From Vezdaea acicularis (Eukaryota): a stretch of 64,000 nucleotides of DNA. Both the position numbers and the translations under genes were made by a program. The stretch's first letter is position 1, and the number at the start of each line of letters is the position of its first letter. The DNA is taken from positions 310,001-374,000 of the forward strand of contig JAPEUI010000002.1 in NCBI GenBank assembly GCA_026025075.1, read 5' to 3'. Shown here piece after piece: positions 49,980 through 59,557 of the stretch. The notes under the pieces are model-generated. The model was given only the letters and a program-made list of their open reading frames with translations, did no database searches and had not been told where the DNA came from.

Positions 49980-50632
49980 TCAATTTCGCTCAAGCCCGTC
50001 GCAGACCTCTCGTAGGCCCTTCAACCCCTCCAGAACGTCTTGGCTAAGGCCTTCTCCAGCACTGCTAGTTCTGCTGAATTTTCCATATCTTAGATCGGAA
50101 AGATCACCAACAATGGTTTTCATATCTGTCAAGGTAGATTCGGCTTCGGCTTCCATCGCAGCAATCTCGGCTTCCAGGTCTGCATGGGCCGTTGCCATTT
50201 CTGGCAAGATACTCTGCAGCGTGTGAGATTTATTGGTGGGGAGATTGGAAGTTTGGCCAAACAGCTACAGGACACAAAATCAGAACCATACGCTTCATCG
50301 GTTATATCACAACAGACCTCGATTTCCATATCAATCTCTCTCCCATCATCAGGATCCAAGCCGAAATTGTCCTGTTCCGCCTTCCGTCTGGCTCTGGCTA
50401 CCTCACGCTGCAATTTCTGCCCGCGCTTAGTTTCGGCCGTGATCTCTTTCTTGACCTGATCTATCACCAGAGCTCGTTGATATTGGAGTTCGCGATAGAG
50501 GAACTTGATTTGCGGGTTACCTCGCTGAGTACGGGGAAACAGCGCTGTGAATTGCTCCAGGGTCATGAAAGTTTGCAATGATGCCGGATTTAGTAGGAAT
50601 GTGCTTAAAATAGAATGTTCTGTTGGTGCCAT
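49980..50632 (-). CDS. NKP2: Kinetochore protein Cnl2/Nkp2
   Basis: MAPTEHSILSTFLLNPASL..TLEQFTALFP..LYRELQYQR; intron 50265-50317; C-terminal IVGDLSDLRYGKF. Confidence 0.85.
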
Positions 50633-51336
50633 CTTGAAGCACTCCCTGAAGCCGAAGTATAGGGCAATGTCCTTTACTACGTCGGAATACAGATGGTTAG
50701 AGTGAGTTTGACGCGTATCCCGACAGGTCGGAGACGATGCACGCGAAGCGTTAGCGTTCACTCTCTTCCCTTGAACTTATCAGACGCTGCATATCTTATT
50801 ATCATCTGACCTGAGCATACAATATAGAGTATCTAACACAGTCGCAATCCAGGTGCGCTGGAGGTATGCAATGCAAAAACGCCTCAAAGACCAAGGGCCA
50901 TTTCACACATCGCTGGATGACAGGTAATGGAGCGTATATTGACGAGTTGGGTGTTTGTACTCCTTTCATTAGCTTTTAGCTCTCAAATGCTGAGACGGTA
51001 TAGTCTTGAGTGGCTTCAGCATTGTCAGAAAGCTCCTCTTGCGGTATTTGCGGCTACCAAAGGTTAGTGTGACGTCTTTGAACCCCTACTCAAAGCTTTA
51101 GTGACCAAGCTGTCTGACTGACAGATGCTTTCAAGCGTACTCTTGGGAAAAGTGAATTTTCGCTTATGGTCGATGACCGTCGCGTCTTCGTCCTCGAAAA
51201 CCGCGTTGTGCCCCGCCTATTCACCTACCTCCATCCCATCCAGTACAAATCAGCTAATTTTCGCTTCGCGTAAATGATCTTTCTAATTCATCTCCACTCG
51301 ATGCAGTGAACGTTCAATAATCAACTGATCGCAGCC

Positions 51337-53502
51337 ATGCCTTCCGCCGCTGAAAAGCCGATGTTTGCTAAGGACGAGAAAGTTCTTTGTTTTCATATGG
51401 CCTTCCTCTACGAAGCAAAGATCCTCGACGTAAGGACAACTTCGGGAGCTGAGAAGCGAGGTGAATGGGAGTATAAAGTCCACTACAAAGGCTGGAAGAA
51501 TACGTAAGTTAAGCAGATCCGATTGGTTCCCTCTGCAAGCTTCCTGCTTGCGTCTTAGTTTGTTCCTGTCATCGTTTCTTTGTACATATCTCTTTCAGAA
51601 TCTTTTACTTTGGGCCGTCTCCATAGATAGCGCGCATAGTGCCCATGTGATTAGCACATGGGCTACTTCTCTTAAAGTCAGGTGGCTATTGTATGAAAGA
51701 TCCCCTCAGAGTCTATCAAATCTGGTCGATTGATCTACTGCAGATGAAGTCAATCTCATCATAGACGAATATCACTGGATAGGGCCTGGAGGCTTACAAA
51801 GACTAATACTGATGTCGCGTATTTCTAGCTGGGATGATTGGGTTCCACAAGATCGCGTGCGAAAGTATTCGGAGGAGAATATCGAGCTCGCTCGTAATAT
51901 CAAGAAGGATGCGGAGAGGAACGATCGAGCAAAAAGGGCCGCTGCGAAGAAAACCCGAGGTGGCGGCTCTGAGTTGAGCTCCACGCGTGGTAGTGAAGAG
52001 AGGCATTCCTCCGTACAAGCGTACAGTGGTCGAGGCCACAAAAGGGGGCGTGACTATGAGATCGAGAAGGTTAGCAGTCCAATGTCTATTTCCTCCGATA
52101 TAGCAGCTGTCGTAAGTCGTTCTTCGTCGAAGTCGAAGAACGAATCCTCTATTTCTTCTGTTTTCCAAAAAATGCGGACCGCAATTGGATCCGAGGACCA
52201 AGAAGTTAGTGACGCGGACATCATTCCTCTGAGCTCTGCGACGGATGAAGGCTGCGACGGACTTGGAGACTTGGCCTCGAACGATGCTAGCAAGGGCAAG
52301 ACGGTTCCCCAGCTAACCCTGAATGGTGGCCCTGAACCAATCATCTTCGGCTCATCGCGTGCCGCCTCCAGGGTACCCCCCCAATTTGTTTTCAGCACGA
52401 CTAGGGCAACAAACCTCTTCGCCGTGGCACAGTCGGCGCTTTCGTCACCTGCGTCGACTCCACCGCGAAGCTCTCAACTGTCTGACCCTTCTGGATTTGA
52501 AGCTCCAATTTCCCCGGATACTCAACCCTCCCCAAGCCTTCGTTATCCACGACAACCCTACCGTCTCCGCTGCACCGTGGAAGGCCGTCACGAGCTACCA
52601 TCTCCAAACAGCCATAACGGCCCGCGTATCATTCACTCCAAGCTCAGCACATCTTCTAACTCTGTACATCCCAAGCTCATTCGTCTCGGCAAAGAGGATT
52701 CTTACAACGTCGCCAAACGGGCCTTTTTCCAGGACCAGGATCCAAAAGCCGTAATCATGATTGCCGGACGAGCCCGCGAACGCCGGATGAACGGGCGAAA
52801 TGGCCATAGGTCTGGATTTACGAGTGCCGGCCGAGCCAGCGAAAGAAGAGTGAACCAACAAATCGCTAATATGTCTGATTCTCAGGAAGATGGATTTCAT
52901 ATTCGCCCATCCGTCCGTCTTGTGATCCCTGATCACCTCAAGGCTCTTCTGGTCGATGACTGGGAGAATGTTACTAAGAATCTCCAACTTGCTCCGTTGC
53001 CTTCCAAGACACCGGTCAACTTCATTCTTTCTGCGTACTATGAGGAAGAGCTGCCAAAGCGTGCTCCTGGGTCTGGCGAAGCAGATACTCTCGAGGAAAC
53101 GGTGCAAGGAGTGAAGGACTATTTCGCAGCTTGTATCGGCCGCATCTTGCTCTACCGCTTCGAGCGTGAACAATTTTTTGAGTTCCGCAAGCTCTGGGAG
53201 GCTGGTGTGGGTGAGTGGGAGAATAAGGGACCGGGTGATGTCTATGGTGCTGAGCATCTGTGCCGCCTCTTCGGTGGGTTCTTTTCTTCTCTCATCATCT
53301 TTCTCTCAACCCTAACGTTGGCTTCCTAGTGAGCATGCCAGAACTCATTGCCCAAACCAATATGGACGCCCAGTCAACCTTCCGCCTCAAGGAGGAACTC
53401 GCCCGTCTGACCACCTGGCTTGGAAAGAACAGCAAGAAATTCTTCACTGAAGAGTACGAGAGTGCCAGCCAGGACTACATTGAAAAGGCTCGTGGCAACT
53501 AA
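51337..53502 (+). CDS. EAF3: Chromodomain/MRG protein Eaf3 (NuA4/Rpd3S); 322 aa fully spliced
   Basis: Chromo barrel [38 protein letters not shown] domain [30 protein letters not shown]; introns 51504-51828, 52070-52885, 53274-53329. Confidence 0.95.
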
Positions 53503-53826
53503 GGCTTTGGTCTCCTTGGTGAGCTAGTGATTGCTTTTTCCTTTTCCTTGGTATTTTGAACAACGGGACTAGGGATGGATATGCATTTCAGCCATTCCAG
53601 CGATTTCAGCATGGGACAGCCCTTTCTTTGGCGGGTGGGATGCATCTTTCTCTGCGGGATTGGAATTCGGTGGACTTCAGCAAGGGAAGTGGATAAATGA
53701 GAGTAGGGTTGTCATAGTATTCAAAGCTCACGCATCCTTAAGATGGAATGACATATCTCGCTCTCTAAACACCTCATCATCGCCAGTCACTGCACCCGTC
53801 TGAAACCCATCTCGGATTATCTTGTT

Positions 53827-56001
53827 CTACCTCACTCTAACCATCTCCCCAACCTCAAACCCCACCCGCCGTAACACCCTCTCCTCGATCTCTCTCCCCT
53901 CCCCATCTCCCCTCTTGATCAACACGGCCCCAACCCCATTCCTCTCCCGATTCTTGACCTCCACCTCCCCACCCTGTCTAGTCCGCTGTCCACTCTCCCC
54001 CACATTCTCCCCATCCCCACTTCCACTCCCATCCCCTTCGTCAGGCCCCTCCCTCTTCCCCGCCACGCCCCCAACCCACACAACCACATCCGGCCCTACA
54101 ACCCCTCTCCACAGCGTCGCCGCCCACTGCCAATGATCCAGCGCCGAGTAATTATCCTTGATGGGGGCGGAGCTCGCGAAGGCGTTCGCCCGCGTCAATT
54201 GGTACCCTGGAATAAGGAGAACCGGCGTCTTCGGCGACTCCGCCTGCACCACCGGCGGCGCGACCGTCTTCGGACTGATCCCAGAGGAGGGCGTTGGTGG
54301 CGGAGAGGGCGCGCGGGTGATGTAGCTGATGAGTGAGGGTGTGAGGGCGTGCCATTCGCTGATTTCGAGGAGGTAGGCGTGGATTGAGGAGTTGCGGGGC
54401 GTTTCGATATGTCGTGGGGGATACCCTGCGAGGGGCACCGAGGCGGGTGAGTTCGGAGAGAGGGTGGTTCGCTCGCGGGGGGTATCCGGCTTGGGCTCTG
54501 CGAGGTTGTGGATGGCGCATTCGCCGGAGGTGCGGAGGGTTTTTTCGAGGTAGGCGGTTACGGTGGCGATGCAGGATTCGTCTTCGCCGTCGATGGCGAC
54601 GATGCAGCCGCGGGGTTTGGGGTTGGGCGGACTGGTGCTGGGAGCGGCGAGAGGGGGGGAGACTTTGGAGAGGAGGCGGATCTTGTTGATGACGGGGATG
54701 GTCTTGATCATTGCTTCGATGCTGCGGGGTTGGGTTCCGTCGAAGGGGCTGCTTAGGGGGGAGGTTCGGATGGGGGGGAGCGTGACGGATGATGTGGAGG
54801 TATAGGGCGGGCGGGGTGGTGGGCCCATGCCGTGCTGGATTCGGAGGGGGGACTCGCTCCTGACGGGTGATGGGTAGGGCAGGTTGGTGCTCAGACGGCG
54901 GCGCTTGGGGTCGGGGGATGTTGGGGGTAGCTCTCCTGAGGAAGTGGAGTTGCGGAAGGACGACTTGAAGGGTGAGATCTGGGGAAGGCCCATGTCGGAT
55001 GAGTGGTGGAGCGTACCATATCCCGCCCAGGGCCGAGTGCGCGGGAAGGGAGTGCGGGGGGTGTTCACTGAGGGGATATAGCGGGGTGTAGACATGCTGG
55101 AGCGGGGAATGGAGGTCTGCTGAGGGGTGAAGGGGGTCACCGGGGTGTTTGGGTCCCGGACGCGCTTTCCGCACTTCTCGCACATAGGGTGGTTGGCCTC
55201 GTCTGTAGGGCCGTCGGCGGCGTTAGGAATAGTTATGAAGGCGAGTGCTTTTTTGCTCTTGCGTTTAGGTTGATATTTGTAGTCCGGGTATTGCTGATTG
55301 TGGCGCGATTTCTCCTCCTTGGTCATGTGAGGCTTTTGGTGATATGAGAAAGGGGGAACGGCATACCTCTGCCAGGGAGTCCCATTGCTCACGTACTTCC
55401 GCGGGTTCTTCCCGCCACTGTTTCCCGATGATCTTGGATACCTCTGGGTTCGCTAGCCCCGGATTCTGCGCCACTATGGCTGACTGGAAATGCTGTCGAT
55501 ATAACATGAAAGCTGGGGTGAATGTGAGCATGGGATGGGGTTTCTGATAGCATATTCGATAAGAAAGTAACATAGTCCGCCCGAACCACGAAGATGCTAG
55601 ACTGAGAAGAACACAGGATGCTAAATATCTAACATACCGTTTCGCGGTCGGGGGACCTTCCGCTCAGGGGCGCAAATACAGATGTTACTCGCAGGTTCCG
55701 CTATTCCAGCACTGGAAGGAGTCTTCGGGGATGATATTGAGGCCTCGAGCTGCCTCTTACTACCTGCAACCGCTGAGCTCGTGGTTGCCGCTGATTGGGT
55801 CGTGGTCAAATGGAGAGGAGGAGGCTTCGAGGCTGGTGAGGCCGAGTTGGCTCTCCTCTGAGGTTGAATGGACGACCGCTGCTCAGAATCCGTAATCGTT
55901 ATTTTGCTGAACTCAGACGGCTTCGGTCCTTCTTGTGCCTGTCTCTCCGAGCTTGAAGCGGCGCTAGATGAGGCCGGTGCTCTCCCTTCCTTTGCAGGCA
56001 T
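53827..56001 (-). CDS. MATA-type HMG-box transcription factor, Rox1/Rfg1-like (not MAT1-2-1)
   Basis: KVPRPRN|AFMLYRQH..NPEVSKIIGKQWREEP..EEEKSRHNQQYPDYKYQPKR after introns 55513-55637 and 55318-55366; long Pro/Ser-rich middle and C-terminal DHWQWAATLWRGVVGPD block. Confidence 0.88.
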
Positions 56002-56260
56002 GGCTTCTATGTCAAATCCCAGGCTCTACTCTATATCACAGTAAGGAGATTCAGAGGAAAGAGCGACTTGTGAAACGTATGCAACTCAATGGGAGAATTA
56101 CAAAAGTGTTGTCAACGACAGACTCAAGGGGTGAAGTAAAGCTTTATCTGTCCAGGTGGACACTAGACCAGACTCGGGAGAACGTGAAAGAAGGGAAGTG
56201 CCCATAGTGGCGGTTTTGTTGTTTGAATCTAGTCATTAGGCTTTTGCCTCAACTTGGCTC

Positions 56261-56468
56261 TTTCTTTGTTCAAAGGATCAAAGAAAATAGTATGCAATTG
56301 TTGCAAAGTATGGCGAGGCACCTCGTGGAAGAGATCGACAAGAAATCCCTTTGTCAATTGTTGCGGTATCTTAACGAAAATGGTCAAGTGCCATCCGTCA
56401 GCGTATTTTCGCATAGAACAAACGCATGCAAGGAGCCGAGGAGGAATGTAGCCGCAAGCAGAAACAAT
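56261..56468. promoter_or_regulatory. Cluster of HMG-box binding sites upstream of the HMG gene
   Basis: TTTCTTTGTT 56261-70, ATTGTT 56297 and 56357, CTTTGT 56349, AACAAT 56463. Confidence 0.45.
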
Positions 56469-56851
56469 AGAATAAGGAGGCTCAAACCACATGAAATCGC
56501 ACAGGCGTTTTATGAACGCAGTGGAGCCTTCCGACTGACAGAATGTAGCGAAAATCATCCGAATGGCTAATAGGCAGCAAATGCTCCCATGCTATCCAAG
56601 CCAAAACGCCGCCTTCTTGCTTCGAAATGACGCCAGGATATCTTGATGCATCGAGCGCAATCCACAATAGGAGAACGTCACCGCGCACTCTTGTCCTCAT
56701 GCAGATAACGACAAAAGACTCCTGCCCTTATGCTTCCTCTTGACACTCGAAATGCATGATATCAAAATGTTCCAGAATAAGGTATACGCAAGAAAAAGAT
56801 TCGTTCAGAAGATTTCTCTTGCTCAGCGTTGAGTCCCTAGAGGGGAGTTTC

Positions 56852-58147
56852 CTAATAGACCCCTAACTTTCGCTTTAAGGTGGTAGGGCGCTTTTTGGGT
56901 GGCATCTCTATTTCGCTTTCGACATCTTCGCCATCCTCCTCCTCCTCCTCAGCTTCGTAATCGATGCTATCCTCCTCGAGCTCGTCACTGTCGTCATCCT
57001 CGGTATCCTCTGCCTCATCATCTATCAAGTCATCATCGTCTTCATCGTCTTCGCTCTCTTCGTTGGGCTCAGCGGTGACTCCATTCGTGGTCGGCATGTC
57101 CTCGCTTTCATCATCACTCTCGCCAGCAATACCGATAGCTGCTTTGCCTTTAGGCGATATTTGTTGCACTGAATCACCATTGACCGTTACTTCATGATGG
57201 TGGGTTGTTTCTGGCTCACTGTCATCATCGTCATCCTCGCCTTCGACGTATATCACTCTAGGGTCCTCCGCTTCATCGATATATGTTGGGCGAGACGAGG
57301 CCTGCATGCTCTTCCTTAGCTGCATCTGTGCCTCTAGCATATCAAGTTTTCCCTTTAGCGCGAGTAAGGGCTGTAAGCCACTTGCACGTTCCTTGATGAC
57401 TCGTTGAAGAGATGCGAGGTTCTGCACAAGCTTTGGTTGCGTTGCCAGATAACCACCATGAGAGACGATCGTCCATTGAATCCATACCATCAGACTTCCT
57501 GCCCTGCCTGGTCGGCGGTGTAATCGCTCCGCCAACTTTTGAAGGAGTGCTGTTGCCAGAGGGGAATCGAGACGTTCGATAGTCGCTCGGATGATGGCGA
57601 CATCAGTAGTATTGAGACAAGTATCGAAGAGGGAAGTATCGTTTGTTCTCAATGCCTGAGTCAGAACAGTGCCTAAGGAAGTAGCTGAAGGCGTCTGTAG
57701 CGATTGGAGGGCCTTTGTCCCGTGGGTAGTATCAACTGGAGCGGCATCATCGGCGTCGTCGGAAAATGCTGCCTCGACATCAACGGGCACAGCAGCATTG
57801 GCCTTCAAAATCTCGCCAAATGTTGGCTCTTCTAGATTCTCGTCGTCAAGTGCGACCGACCCGGCTCTTTCGATGTCATCGTCTCGGGGACTCGATCGAT
57901 CCAACTCCATCTTGTCCTCCTTTTCCATATCATGATCAGCAGCCTCGTCACCACTCAGTTCTTCACTAAATTGACTATCTGCCACTTCTTCCCTCACACC
58001 CTCTCCATCACTATCGTCTTCGCTCTCCTCGTCACTATCGCTGCTGATCTCGACGACTTGTGGTTTGTTGTAGGATGTGCGCACATCCTTTGTATCTGCA
58101 CGCGCAACAACCTCCGCATGAGAATCGTCCACCCTGCTCTTACTCAT
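56852..58147 (-). CDS. UTP5: SSU processome t-UTP subunit Utp5 (Dip2/Utp12 domain)
   Basis: SLGTVLTQALRTNDTSL, RLHRRPGRAGSLMVWIQWTIVSHGG, LLALKGKLDML, acidic tail; first ATG at 58147 (ORF-track start 58288 is TTG). Confidence 0.88.
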   Translation of the reverse strand: MSKSRVDDSHAEVVARADTKDVRTSYNKPQVVEISSDSDEESEDDSDGEGVREEVADSQFSEELSGDEAADHDMEKEDKMELDRSSPRDDDIERAGSVALDDENLEEPTFGEILKANAAVPVDVEAAFSDDADDAAPVDTTHGTKALQSLQTPSATSLGTVLTQALRTNDTSLFDTCLNTTDVAIIRATIERLDSPLATALLQKLAERLHRRPGRAGSLMVWIQWTIVSHGGYLATQPKLVQNLASLQRVIKERASGLQPLLALKGKLDMLEAQMQLRKSMQASSRPTYIDEAEDPRVIYVEGEDDDDDSEPETTHHHEVTVNGDSVQQISPKGKAAIGIAGESDDESEDMPTTNGVTAEPNEESEDDEDDDDLIDDEAEDTEDDDSDELEEDSIDYEAEEEEEDGEDVESEIEMPPKKRPTTLKRKLGVY

Positions 58148-59337
58148 GCTATCGGTGTTTACTCTGCTTGCGGGGCTGACTGATGGGGCAGCACAGGGAC
58201 CAGAGAGCGGCTGCGAGAGGCAGAGTGGACGGAGCTGCGGGAACGAATGTGACGTTGATTGTCGATAGATGTGCTTTGCTTGGGACAAGAGACCGAATCG
58301 ACTTCACGCAACTTTTTTCCTAGGCGGTGTCGGATTGGGAATTTTACGCGGGCTCGGCACGTGTATTCTTGCCTGCTCCATGGACAGCTCCCAAACGTAC
58401 CACCGGAAATGGGAACCCTAGGGTTGGGCTCCGCCGTGGTCACGACAGAGCTACCCCAAGTTCTGCGCTCAGCGGCTAGCAATCACGCTCGTGGGATGCG
58501 TGCGGCGCAGATCGACACTCCACTATCAAAGGCCCAGCAACGACGTCCCAGACCCGCGGCTTTCATTGCCCGGCCGTGTTTTGACGGTCACAGCTTCTTA
58601 CGGAGGCCTGTGAACGGCGCCGATGGTCCGTCGCGGCCGCCGGGCGCCACCCCTGCGGCGCAATTTCGCCTAGGCCGCAAGCGGCGTAGGCTCGCTCCAC
58701 GGGCCAATCGCCCTCGAAGTGGCCGGTCTGGCCTCTTGGTGCCGGGCTCGCTCCGCCGCGGGCCATACATAAACGTTCGGCTTTCCTCCTGCAAACCTAC
58801 GAAGCTTGAAGCTTGTCGTCCGATCTTTTTCGCGCTGAGGTCATCCGCCAGACACACCCAGATCCATCGCGCCCTCTGATTCGCCACCACCCGCCACAAA
58901 GAAAGCTCGATAAATATTCGACGCGTAGCAGCTTTCTCGACCGCTCGACCCTCTCGACCTTTCCACTTTCTTCCGCGCTCTCCTCGGCCCCTCCACAACC
59001 GCGTCGTGTTTGCTCGACTGCACGCGCGACTGCCGGTCCGTCGCACCATCCGACGCGTTTTGAGACAGCTCGTCTTAGCGCCGAGGTCACGCTCCTCGCC
59101 TCCGGCCAACCCTGCCCAACTCTGCCCTACTCTTGTTGTGAGCGGAGCCGCACATCGCGTCGTCCAAGCCACAACATCCGGACGCATCCCTCAACTCTGA
59201 GCGCGCAAACTCTCTGCGCTCGAGGGTGAAGGGCACCGGCAGCTGCTGGACAGAACCAACCCTTTCTTCTCCCTCGACACCTGTCGCTACTCGGTGGTTA
59301 GGCAACAACACAAGTATTCAAGCTGAGCGCGAACGAG

Positions 59338-59345
59338 TATAAAAA
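59338..59345 (+). promoter_or_regulatory. TATA-like box upstream of BDF1
   Basis: TATAAAAA 220 bp before the ATG, followed by a pyrimidine-rich tract. Confidence 0.4.
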
Positions 59346-59557
59346 GCTCACCTCACTCGCTTGAACTCTCACCCTCACTTCTTCTCATCTCTACATTATC
59401 GCCCCTCACCGCACCGTAAAATTCAACTCGCCACGCATAGTAACTTGAGCGTCTCAATCCTGAGCCGTGTAGGCCCGCATATATTCGAGGAGGTGAGGAT
59501 ACAGAGAGCATTTGCGCTTCAGCGAAAAAAACGGGACAGGGCACTGACGCCTCTTTC

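Noticed and set aside
54152..55183. 343-aa alternative-frame ORF inside the HMG gene
   Set aside because: Pro/His/Arg-rich shadow of C-ending codon bias; no recognisable motif.
53827..56001. HMG-box gene as mating-type MAT1-2-1
   Set aside because: HMG box is N-terminal in a ~660-aa protein and neither APN2 nor SLA2 flanks it; architecture fits Rox1/Rfg1-like factors.
58148..58288. 47-codon TTG-initiated N-terminal extension of Utp5
   Set aside because: No supporting motif; the ATG at 58147 gives a plausible protein.
58259..59311. Several 100-200 aa ORFs in the UTP5-BDF1 spacer
   Set aside because: Mostly non-ATG starts, Arg/Ala/Pro-rich, expected in GC-rich DNA on both strands.
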